64,000 nt of DNA from Malacoraja senta. Its lineage: Eukaryota. The position numbers were made by a program, and so were the translations under genes. Positions 24,598 to 36,002 of the stretch are shown here, piece by piece; the first letter of the stretch is position 1; every line of letters begins with the position of its first letter. The notes beneath the pieces are model-generated. The model did not search any database. It was not told where the DNA came from and saw only the letters and a list, made by a program, of their open reading frames with translations. The stretch lies in contig CM075977.1 of assembly GCA_038087875.1 (NCBI GenBank), forward strand, positions 163,804,001 to 163,868,000, in the 5' to 3' direction.

Positions 24598-24662
24598 CGA
24601 TAGTATGGGATAAAACTGGTGATTGCTGATTTGGAGGCTGCTGCACCTTTGTTCGAATAATC
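24598..24662 (-). CDS. pax5: Pax5 exon 4
   Basis: tattcag|GATTATTCGA...ACTATCG|gtaaga. 65 nt, as in PAX5 exon 4. Encodes IIRTKVQQPPNQQSPVLSHTI. Confidence 0.96.
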
Positions 24663-25139
24663 CTGAATAAGAAGAACATTTTTTAAAGTGTTTTTACTCG
24701 AAATCATGTGACAGCCAAGACAAATGGAGCCATCCAATCTTTGGCTCCAAACTTACGGTAAGTAATATTGAGCTGGGCTGTTGAGGATGTGTGAGGGTTC
24801 ATTTACCATGAAGATATGATGAAAAAAAATCCTTCATATCTTCATGATTACTAAAATGCTTCAAAATGAATGAAGTATTTTTCAAATGTAGTCACTATTA
24901 TAATGTACACAAACACAACCATGTTGTACTCTTCTGCAGTTCACAAGCAGGAAATGGAATGAATGACCAGATAATTGTTTCCTTCAATATTACAGTATGA
25001 AACTTGGCCAGATAACCATTGAAACCATAAAATGTTCCATGGATCTTTTAGGTTCATTCCAAAAGAGGCTGATTATCTTTTCTTGTTTCATTTATTGCAC
25101 TGAAATGTCAGCTGAGATTATGTTGCTTATAATGTGGGA

Positions 25140-26000
25140 AATCCTTGTAAAGCAGATGAATGTGAGAATTTATAAGAAACTAGCAAAAGTAAATCTAAAA
25201 TGTTATAAAGATATAGAGTGAAATATCAATGAGCAATAAAAATTAAACAATTGCAAGATTTTTTACAAGGTATTTAAAAAGAAAGCAACCAGCAAAAAGA
25301 ATAATTTATACCTTAAATAATTGGATGGGTGAATTAATAACAAGAGATGGGGAAATAGCAGAAAAAATGTAAATTATATATAAATACAAATATATAATTT
25401 GGATCTGTTTACAGGAAAGGTGATGAAAAAAGCCACCAAAAAATGATCAGAAGCAAAAGGAAGGCAATAAAGTAAAGCATCATCATCACCAGAAAAGATG
25501 TATTAGGCAAACCAATACGTCTAATGACTGACAAATACGGGTGAACTGATCACCTGAATCCTGGGATTCTAAATGACTGTAAAGATTGTAGATGCATTGC
25601 CTATTACTCCATAATACAATTGCAATTACAAGGAAGATGTTGTTCATAGGTAGGGATATTTTGCTTCTGATGAACAGCATTTAGTGATGTGCCAGCTGGT
25701 ACACTGCAAAAGGAAAACTGTGCTAGCCATAGAGTCCAAGCAGACAATGTTCACTAGATTGGTCCCAGTGAAAGAGGAGAGAAATTAGCTTGGGCTGACT
25801 CTCTGGGATTTAGAACAATGAGAGGTGATTTTATTGAAAGAAGCCCATTTCTGAAGTGCAGATATGAGGAGAATGATTCCTCTAGCGAAGGAATCGAGAA
25901 TTTGGTTAGATTTTTAAACCTTAGAGGAATCAAGCATTAGTGGGGTTTAGGCCAAGATGAATTCAGTCTTTGTCTAATTCAGTCATTGAATTATGGAACA
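25140..26000 (+). mobile_element. Highly degenerate CR1 ORF2 remnants
   Basis: Patches such as TTTAGAACAATGAGAGGTGATTTTATTGAA (FRxMRGDxIE) and ATCACCTGAATCCTG (SPGPD-like). Confidence 0.45.
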
Positions 26001-26397
26001 TCTACGAGACCCCATAAAGCCTTCTTTTGTGCCCAAAAATTGGAATGAGGGGTTCAGAAGCCAATAAAAAGCTTCAGTGGGAACTGAACTGCCACTGATC
26101 CAAAGTCCTAACACACAGTGCCATTATTTCTTGTGAGATTCTTGAGAAAGGGATGTATATGCAAAATTACATCCAAATAGTGAGTGATTTATCACTGAGG
26201 CATTGATCTCTGTGGTACATTGTCCTTATCTAAAAATGCAGTTACTTGACTAAGGTCTTCCCACAGCAACTCCCAAATTGGCAGCCTCCAATTCTGAGAA
26301 GGACAAGGGTGACAGCAGCATGGGCGTACCTCTAACTGCGGTTCCCCTCCAAATCACACAACATCCTGATCAGACACTTACGTTGGAGGTGCAAAGG

Positions 26398-27140
26398 TAC
26401 TTTGGAGTGCTGGTGCAGGATTCCCAAAAGGTTAATTTGTAAATTGAATCAGCAGTAGGGAAGGCAAATGCAATGATAGCACTTATTTCAAGAGGACTAG
26501 ACTATAAAACAGAGATGTAATTCTGAGGTACACAAAAATGCTGGAGAAACTCAGCGGGTGCAGCAGCATCTATGGAGCGAAGGAAACAGGCAACAGGCTT
26601 TATTACGCATTTGGAGTATTATGCGCAGTTTTAGGCCCCATATCTGAGGAATGATGTTCTGGCTTTGGAGAGGGCCAGAGAAAGTTTACGAGAATGATCC
26701 CAGGGATGTTTGGGTTAACGTATGATGAGCGTTTGACGGTACTGGGCCTGTACTCGCTGGAGTTTAGAAGGATATGGGGGGACCTCATTGTAACTTACCG
26801 AATAGTGAAAGGCCCAGATAGAGTGGATGTAGAGAGCATGTTTCCACTAGTGGGAAGGTGTAGGACCAATGGGGACAGCCTCAGAATAAAAGGTGATGAG
26901 GAGAAATTTCTTAAGTCAGAGGGTGGTGAATCTGAGGAAATCATTACCACAGATGGTTGTGGAGGCCAAGTCATTGGGTATTTTTAAAGCGGAGATGACA
27001 GATTCTTGATTAGTTATGATGTCAAAGGCTATGGGGAAATGGCAAGAGAATGGGGTTGAGAGGGAAAGAGAGATCAGGCATGATTGAATGGTGGATTAGA
27101 CTCATTGGGCTGAATGGCCTAATTCTGCTCCTGTGGCTTA
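26398..27140 (+). mobile_element. CR1 LINE 3' fragment, interrupted by a Penelope-terminus fragment at ~26530-26594
   Basis: ORF 26694-26987 contains LGLYSLEFRRIWGDLI. CR1 3' stem region GGGCTGAATGGCCT. Confidence 0.85.
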
Positions 27141-29531
27141 CGAACTGATTTGGAACCTATTGTTCATCCTTTGATGCTGCTGGGTTTAAATCCTGAAACT
27201 CCATCTCACTATCATGTTGGTCCTTCACCACACTGCAGGAAAGAAGCTCATCATCACTTTCTCAAAGGCAATTAGAGAATGACAACAAATCCTCACCTAC
27301 TAGTGAGGTCTAGAACATAGAAAATTATTAAATATTATTTTAAAAAACAAGTCTAACATTTTTCTGGGGTTTGGGAAACTCTCTATTGTAAACCCAGGTC
27401 TTCAAAAATACGCAGTATATGTTTGCCTTTTGATGTAATTTGATGTTACTTTTCTGCAATAATAAAAGGTTTATTACAATTTGATGTGCAGACACCTTTT
27501 ATAATAAGCACATCACAAAGAATGGCTTATTAATGCTGCTAAATAAATATAGATCTCATTCTATTTATGAAAGTTCATTCATAGCCAGCTCTGTCGCAGG
27601 AAAATGTTACTGAGGTTAAACTATTCCTGCCTATGTGGCGAATTAGGTTTGGGATTTACATTCAATTGTACCATGTCTGTTTGTACCTACTTTAACACTT
27701 TTATAAATAACATTTAACTGATCTAAAATCTCTTCTAGATTCAATAATTTTATCATTTCTCTGTTATTCTCTAGGTTATTAAAATGAACAAACTAGTGCA
27801 TTTCAAGCGTTAAGTTTTTCATAACTTTTCATTGCATCAAGATGTCTTCACATTGGAACAAATCATTTTTTAATGAAAGAAAAAGCCTAGATTGTATTGC
27901 CTGTTATCTTAGATAGGTAAAACAGGAAGACGTTGCGCTTAGAGCAGCGTTAATCCTTTAATCTCAATTAGTGAGGGTAAACAAGGGAGATGTTATATTT
28001 GTTTTCACTTGTCTGGGTAAGAGAAGAAGTTATTCAATGTACCATTTTAGAAATTGAGGGTGGTTGCCAAGATTTCTCTACCTATGTTGCTCTGAGGTCT
28101 CTGTCAAGGGAGCAGTATAAATACATATTGTTTTTCCTCTGCAGATTATTCCTCTTCTAAACCTGGCTCCAATGTACAGTTCAACTCAAACATCAATTTC
28201 CATTTATATCACATCTTGAACATAAACAAAAAATACTCCGATGCTTTGCAGTGTATCATCAAAGAAAAAAATACCTTAAAGCACCATATTGAGCTATAGG
28301 ATGGACGGTTAAAGGGGTGACTTTCAAGAAAGACCTTAAAGGAGAAGAAAAAAAAACATGAAGCAAAGAAGAATGGGAAAGGAACAGAAGATTTGAAATC
28401 AAAATTAATAATTCCAAACTAGGATTATGAAAGTGATTCGTATAAAAGGAAAGAAGTATGACAAATGCAACCATTTTATCATTTTGAGAAACCAAAGCAA
28501 TCAGTTGAAGAAATAATGTGTGATATTTATCTTTAATTTCACCAGGGTGAAAATGAATGCAGTCTGAAGGGTATCAAGATGGCTTTTTTACACCACAGGA
28601 GAAAACTAAAGAGGAACTGGCCATAGTTGTATGCATAAAATAGAGAAAGGTTTATGGGAAATAATGAGTGGATGGTCACATTCTGTCTAGGACTGCCAGG
28701 AAGAAGCTTTTGGCGCAGTGTTTGAATTACTAGAAAAATGCAGTCAACCAGGAATAGAGAGCAATTGATGAGAAAGGAGGAAAACCAGTCCTGGGTTCTG
28801 TTGAGCAAGAAAAGTAAGTGTTCCTTCTGAACTCCTGGTGGATGATTTGACCGTAAGTGTGATTAAGGACAATCAATGCCTGGAGCCAATGCTGCAGATG
28901 GGAACAAGGAGTTGGAAGACAGAAGGGACTGTAGGTGCTAGAATATGGAACAAAACATAGAACACTGGAAGAACTCAGCAGGCCGATCAGCATCTGTCGA
29001 GGCAAAAAGTGCATGGAGATGTTTTTTGGATTAAGACCCTGTAGCAGATCTGTGAGGGAAGATAAAAGATTGCCAGCATACAGATGTACAAGGGGGTTGA
29101 GAATCAAATAAGCTGTAATAATGGGTCACTGGAACTAGGTGGGGGAGTGGGAGATGGGGAGAGGGAAGGGGTTGGGTAAACTGAACAAAGAGAGAAAAAG
29201 ATAATGACAAATGTGAGTATGTGGGGAGGAATAACAAACACAGTGGGTGTGAGTTACCTAAAATTTGAAAATTCAACATTTGTACCGTTGGGCTGTATGG
29301 TACCCAAGTTGAACATGTGATTTGTGCTTGGCTTCGCCTTAACAATGAAGAAGTCCAAGGACAGACAGATTTGGTGTGGAAGTGGGAAATAGAAGTGAAA
29401 TGGTGTGCAACTGGCAGCTTGAGATGATTATTATGGAAAGGGTGCAGGGTGCAAACTGCAAAAACACCACTTAGTTAATGCTTGGCTTCTCCAGTATAGA
29501 GGTCATCACCTAGTGAGCATGTGATGCAATA

Positions 29532-30329
29532 AGCGAGTTCAGTATACCGACTGCGCATGCCCAGGTCATAGGTCGACAGATGGCGCAATGGGCTAAGTGT
29601 TCAGCTGGCAACCGGAAGGTAGCCGGTTCAAATCCCGCTTGGAGTGCATACTTTCGATGTGTCCTTGGGCAAGACACTTCACCCACCTTTGCCTGCGTGT
29701 GAATGTGTGTGAATGTGTGTGAGTGATTGGTGGTGGTCGGAGGGGCCGTAGGCGCAAATAGGCAGCCACGCTTCCGTCAGTCTGCCCCAGGGCAGCTGTG
29801 GCTACAGAAGTAGCTTACCACCACCGAGTGTGACTGAGGAGTGAATGAATAATGCGATGTAAAGCGCCTTGAGTATTAGAAAGGTGCTATATAAATCCCA
29901 TCCATTATTATTATTATTATTATTATAGGTCATGCGCGATAAACATTCTCAGCAGCTGTGCTGCTGCATGGAAACAGACCTGCATTTCATCCGTAGACAG
30001 GATCGAACCCGGTTCTCTGGCGCTGCAAGCGTGTTGAATTGCTACTGGACGGTCCTCGTCCCCTCCCGAGTGTCCCATCCCTGTCCGGGGTGGTCGGAGA
30101 TGTCCGAGGTGACCCTGGACTGACGGGACACCGGCCTGGAGCAGTGGGGGCCCAGGCTTCCAGTAGCAATTCAACAGCGCTTGCAGCGTCGGAGACCCGG
30201 GTTAGATCCTGACTACGAATGAAACGCAGGTCTGTATCCATGCACAGCACAGCTGCCGAGAATGTTTATCGAGAGTGACATTTGACAAATCCCATGATTC
30301 CTTGCGTTTTTCAGAATACCGAACTCGCT
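29532..30329. mobile_element. Non-autonomous foldback/MITE-like DNA element
   Basis: Termini AGCGAGTTCAGTAT / ATACCGAACTCGCT flanked by TA. Internal ~113-bp inverted arms at 29937-30049 and 30159-30271. Confidence 0.75.
29575..29924 (+). mobile_element. Young tRNA-derived SINE resembling the teleost AFC family, with an L2-type tail
   Basis: A/B boxes TGGCGCAATGG and GGTTCAAATCC, GTGTCCTTGGGCAAGACACTTCACCC core, TGTAAAGCGCCTTGAG..GCTATATAAAT..(ATT)n tail. 7-bp TSD ATAGGTC at 29568-29574 and 29925-29931. Confidence 0.85.
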
Positions 30330-30971
30330 TATTGCCAGGTTGGAAGAGGTGCAGGCAAACCTCTGCCTCACTTGGAAATGCTGTTTAGGTACCTGGATGG
30401 TGGTGGGGCAGGAGGTGAAGGGACTGTGTAACACCTCCTACCAGTGGTGGGGAAATGTCGTGACAGATACCAAGAAACCTATATGGTAGAATAATTAAAG
30501 GAACTACATTTTATGAGCCCCATAATGCAAGGTAGGAATGAAAGTAAGAAATAATGGCCTTGATATATTGTACATCACAAGCAATCAAATTAAAGAAAGC
30601 TGATAAATGTAGCAGAACAAAGACACGACAGCTTTGGGGGCTGAGAGAAACGTGTTTCTGATAGGTAAAAAAGGAATACATTAAAAACAAGATAAAAATA
30701 CGTGGGAAACAGAGCAAAGAAAGGGTCACAACCTGAGGAATACTAGTGGAAGATCTGTCCCGTGGTTAGGATTCTAGCTCTTTGGAAAACGGAATGAAGA
30801 TGATGGAAACTAAATACAGTATTATCTTAAATTTTGTTTTCAGAGGAGATCTTTAAGCTATAGATCGATCTTCTCCAAATATATTTTGTAAAATTTAAAA
30901 CCTGCCTGAAACCGCCGCAATCAGCGGGTTAAGGGTGATTTATTGGTTAATGTTCGAAAGTTCACCGCCTA

Positions 30972-31265
<294 letters not shown>

Positions 31266-31406
31266 TCAAGAGGGTAACTCCTGTTCTAGTTAATCTGCTA
31301 CATTTGACCAATATTCAGTGCAGAATTCCACGTTCTATTTGAATAAGCAGCAGAAAAACGTTCCTCTAATTGAAAATACAACAAAGAACTATTAGTTATC
31401 TCGTTA

Positions 31407-31632
31407 GGGTCGGCACAGTGGCGTAGCTGTAACAGTAGTTTCAGAGACTTGAGTTCCATCTTGACTTAAGGTGCTGTCTGAACGGCTCCGTGACTGCGTG
31501 AGTTTTCTCCGGATGCAGGTTTGCAGGTTAATTGACGTCGTTAATGTGTAGGGTTGGAACTGGTGTACGGATAATCGTTGGTCGGTCGGTGGGCCGAAGA
31601 GCCTAATTCCACGCTGTATCTCTAAAACTAAA
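31407..31632 (+). mobile_element. V-SINE (HE1-like), internally deleted
   Basis: GGCACAGTGGCG head, CCGTGACTGCGTGAGTTTTCTCCGG core, GGGCCGAAGAGCC..CCACGCTGTATCTCTAAAACTAAA tail. Confidence 0.75.
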
Positions 31633-32139
31633 AAAAAACTAAATATTTAAGGAAATTTGGATGAGCAGAGCTGATCTGAGTATTGGTGTGAATGGACCGA
31701 CATTCCCTAGAGTATATGAGAATGCTATGCTATATTGAAACAGATGAGAAGAGGGGCAGGCAGGATAGATCCCAATCAAATGGCGTCGATTGGTGGTAGA
31801 CTCATTCCATCCACACCCGCTTGACTAATGGACACTGTTAAAGTGTGTGCGTGTGTATGTGGGTGTTTATATGGGATATATGGCATGTGTTAAGCATGTC
31901 TCTATATGTGTATATTAAACCATATGCATTGCTCCAATATACTTATCGCTCAGTAATTTTCCGAACAAGGAAATTACAAGTGAATAATTTGCACAGTGGC
32001 CACTTACAGGACACTTGAGGAGGTTAAAGACTCTCTTGTTTAATGTTTGCTGTGCTGATGTCACCGTGATAATACATGATAATCATGATCTAGCATTGGT
32101 ATTATCACTCTAAAAAAAAGGGCAACAAAATGCAATGAT

Positions 32140-32246
32140 CAAAACACAAAGTGCTGGAGGAACACCGCGGGTTAGCCAGCATCTGTGGAGGGAATGGATA
32201 AGCGACATTTCGTGTCGGGGCCCTTCTTCAGACGCATCTTCTTCAG
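32140..32246 (-). mobile_element. Short Penelope-terminus-derived insertion
   Basis: 10-bp TSD ATGCAATGAT at 32130-32139 and 32247-32256. Confidence 0.8.
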
Positions 32247-33732
32247 ATGCAATGATGACTTTAAAATATATATTTAATTCTGAAATAATAGCACATAATT
32301 GAAGCGAAGCACTTCCAGATAAAGAAACAGAGGAATATTCTGCCTGAAATACATGGAATGATCACAGTTTAACATGTTTTGCCATCATACATCAATATTT
32401 TTATCTTTATTATATAGGATTATTTCAGTACTTAAATGTTATAATGATTTAATACTTTAATACATATTTTATTTTAACGTTTCTATAGCTCTCCTATATT
32501 TTGCTTTGCAAAATTTGCTTTGCGACTCAGTCGGCTGGATATTTTAATCTTTGCTTATACATATCTAAAACAATCATCAGTGACCAAAGTAATGGTGAAG
32601 AGGGAGAGATTTATATAATAAATAGGGGGAAGACACGGACTGAGTGACGTGAAAAGCAGAGACTTAAATTAACCAAGCCATACACCGGGAGCTAGACACA
32701 AGATTTTCGCAAGAGTATAGAAAATAGGTTGGAAAGCCATTCAGTGACAGGAAAAGTATTGTTACACTATACACGTCGACATACCAAAATGTTAAAGGAC
32801 AGATGGGCGTGTGTACTAGTTCTAGCTGATATATATTAAAACTTGTGTTCGTAACATTAATAGCCTTCAAATCCTTGTCTGTGGAGGGCTCGGAACATTT
32901 CGGAGGGGTGTGATGCAATTTTTAGTGCAAAATTGCCCGCCCCACTCCCACCGTCATTTTTGTGTGTGAAGTAGGTATTGTCTACTTAAAGTGATTCTGT
33001 AAACTCTTTTGCCTGGTCACGGTTTTCATGAAAGAGAAAACATGGGAGAGAATTATCAAAAAATAACATTAGTGTTTGTGGTAGGAGTATACACAAATAA
33101 ACCTTATGTTTTTCAAAACTTCAACTGATTCTTGACATTTAAGTTGTAAAGGGGACGGCAGGACAAATTTTCTGACATTAAGATTTAGTTTGTACATTTT
33201 ATATACTGGTTTAATTAAAATAATAAATAATAAAATGTGTTATTTTAGGAAACATGTTATGCAAGATAACTGTATGGAGGACTGCCTCTGGCAAATCATT
33301 GGCAAATTTAAGAATGGATTTCATTCTTTACATCAAATGAGAAATAATTTATATACGGGAGAGGGACAAAATCAGATTTGCTTTTCCTTAGGAAAAAGTA
33401 CTACGGTCACAATTAACCACTCAACCTCAAGTTATAAGATAATTTAATTGTGTTGCAAGAAAGGTTTAGACCAAGACGACATGTTACCAATGTTTTCATT
33501 CATCCGAAGGCACATAAAAAGTTTCCTGAAGAATCAGCAGGTATCGCACTCTACCAATGACCACAGTACTGCCTTGTGGATTAACGTTATGCATTGTAAA
33601 TTTCCGGCACAAACCCACACCTTCAGATCCCAGCCATGGAAATATAAGCTCTCGCCAGGGTGAATGGGAGAACACCAGGATCTCACTGAAAATAACGTTT
33701 TGATTCCCTCATTCTTATCCTTGACATATCCC

Positions 33733-33995
33733 TGAGATACAGCGTGGAAATGGACCTTCCCAATACACGCCGACCATCGATCACCCGTTGATACGTGTGT
33801 GTGTTTCTCTATCACTCTCTACACACTACGGGCAATTTACAGAGGTAAATTAATCTACAACTTCGCTCATCTTTGGGACGAGTGGAGAAACTGAAGCATG
33901 CAAAGGAAACACACGCGGTCACATATGCAAACTCTACACAGATAGCACCCTAGGTCAGGATCGGACCTGGGATTCTTGCGCTGCGAGGCAGTGTT
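33733..33995 (-). mobile_element. V-SINE (HE1-like), diverged
   Basis: Collinear with 9575-9870 (GAGATACAGCGTGGAAA...CACGCGGTCAC...AGGTCAGGATCG). Confidence 0.8.
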
Positions 33996-35420
33996 TGTGC
34001 ACGTAGGCTTTAACTAAGTAATCGTTCAGAAACTTAACCCCAATTGCTAGTTGTTGTTTTAGTAATTGTTGATTGCGATATTCTCCTTCCATAAATCTGA
34101 CACAGTGGTAGTCCAGTTAAAGAAGATAAAAGATTAGGATAAAATCTAATGAATAAAGAAATTGAAATATTTAATTAGTTTAAATTTAAATGGGTCAAAA
34201 AAGCATGGGAATCTGATGCCACGAGTAAGCATTAGCGTACATAATGTGAAGCAGCAACACACATTCGAAGCTAAAATTATGTCCATTGTTATTATGTTTT
34301 AATCTTTTGATTGCCTTTTACTTTTGAAAAAAATGTTTAAGGACTGTAAACATATTCCCCTTTCATTTCTCTCTTCCCGCCCTATTTCTCTTTACTAGTG
34401 TTATTTTCCCAATTTAAGATGGCAATTTTAGCCATACACGTCCTCATCCACCAAATCCGGTCACTTCTCGATAGTTTTTTTATTTCTGTATGTGGGTTAT
34501 GTTTTGTTAATATTATTAGATTTTGCCTCGTGTGAGTTTGTCTGGGCTGTTGGCAGCAACATGGCGGTAATCTGGTCTTTGGCCCACTCGTGTGCATTTA
34601 TTTAGAAGAGTGAGCCTGAACATCCACTGTCAGCATTCTGGCCCTTGTCGTGATCCTGGTGATGGGCTAGATTCCAGTAGAAGGGTGAAAAGGGTCGCAG
34701 TAGCAAAAAAAACAAAAAAACAGGGGTACAGATCGAGAAACTCAGGGAAAAGACAGGACCTGGTAGAAGGGGGTGGGGGTGAGGAGAGAGATTGGGATAT
34801 AAAAATAACCAGCCCACGCTTCCAACAGATTGCCCACATGAATAAAGATTGGCAAATACTTGAACCCATTCAGCCAAAATAGGGGGTGTGGAGTTATCAA
34901 TAGCCTGAAGTCAAGGCTTGCAAATAAGTTACTTTGATTTCCACATTTTTTATGTTCATTTCGGTCATGGACAGCAAAGTAAGTGAACATCCACAAGGGG
35001 CTGAAGCACGTCCAGAAGACTAAAGGCTGGCTGGAAAGACAATTCGCCAAACAGAGACACCTTCAGGATGCTCCTGTTAACGGTTTACTACAACTGCTTT
35101 CCAGAACCAAGTCAGGTGCCTGTTACAAGCTCCGGCCTCAGCATACTGCTCCCTGTGAGCGGGAGCCGGGCACAGCCGGGCCAGGACATACACATAATCA
35201 CTTCCGGCAAAAAACGCCCATTCTTGTATAAACGGGAGGATTGAGCAGGCGAAACACTGCACTCTTTTCATCACTCTTACCCCTTCTTTTCTCCGATAAA
35301 CACAAGAACGTCGTATATTTCTTTCCGCCTATCCTTCTCTCTGCCTGAACAACCCTCTCGGCTTTTTTTCTGTGTTCTTGCGTCTCTTTCTTTTTGTCTG
35401 TCTGCCGCTCCACCCCCCCC

Positions 35421-35445
35421 TCCTCTCTCTCTCTCTCTCTCTCTC
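35421..35445. repeat. (CT)n microsatellite
   Basis: Read directly from sequence. Confidence 0.9.
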
Positions 35446-35904
35446 GTTCAAGGTCAGATTTATTTTCCATGGAGCACTGTCCAAGGACATGTTTCCGCAT
35501 TACTGATTTCAGCGCAGTGTTAAACTGAGATCCCTGTTGTGCAATGCGAGAGTGTGGAAGAAGATATCCTTTGAAACTGCAGCAATGTACATAGACCCCA
35601 AAAGAAAACAAATTGCCTCTGAATTAGTCCCATATTTATCTAGCTGGGTATTTAAGAATCAAAATTGTCTTTATGAACCCCTTGAAAGTCCGGAAAAAAA
35701 GATCTTAGACATGTCTTGTGTTCTATACACCCACGAGTGGATGTGACGCGTATGGTCTAACTGTTGGAGAAGCAGAAAAGTGGAAGTTTCCAAAGGAATA
35801 TTTAAAAATGCTTTTTTGCTTACTAAAGTGATTATGTACAGTAGCCTTACCATTGAGTAAGATCAATAAATCACCAAATATTTCAGAAAAACTATCACAA
35901 AATT

Positions 35905-36002
35905 ATCTGTCTGAAGAAGGGTCTCGACCCGAAACGTCGCATATTCCTTCGCTCCATAGATGCTGCCTCACCCGCTGAGTTTCTCCAGCATTTTTGTCAA
36001 CC
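35905..36002 (+). mobile_element. Short Penelope-terminus-derived insertion with intact hammerhead-like core
   Basis: CTGAAGA-A-GGGT-CTCG-ACCC-GAAAC-GTC at 35911-35938. TSD CACAAAATT at 35896-35904 and 36003-36011. Confidence 0.85.

Larger units (their letters stand above)
28915..30460 (-). mobile_element. Older Penelope-like 3' fragment, split by a nested insertion at 29532-30329
   Basis: 29250-29530 and 30332-30460 align by eye with 17336-17710 (GIY-YIG region). 28915-29045 resembles the terminal repeat. Confidence 0.75.

Noticed and set aside
29575-29645. tRNA gene (also considered at 9795-9870)
   Set aside because: The A/B boxes belong to SINE heads followed by SINE bodies and tails; no complete cloverleaf.
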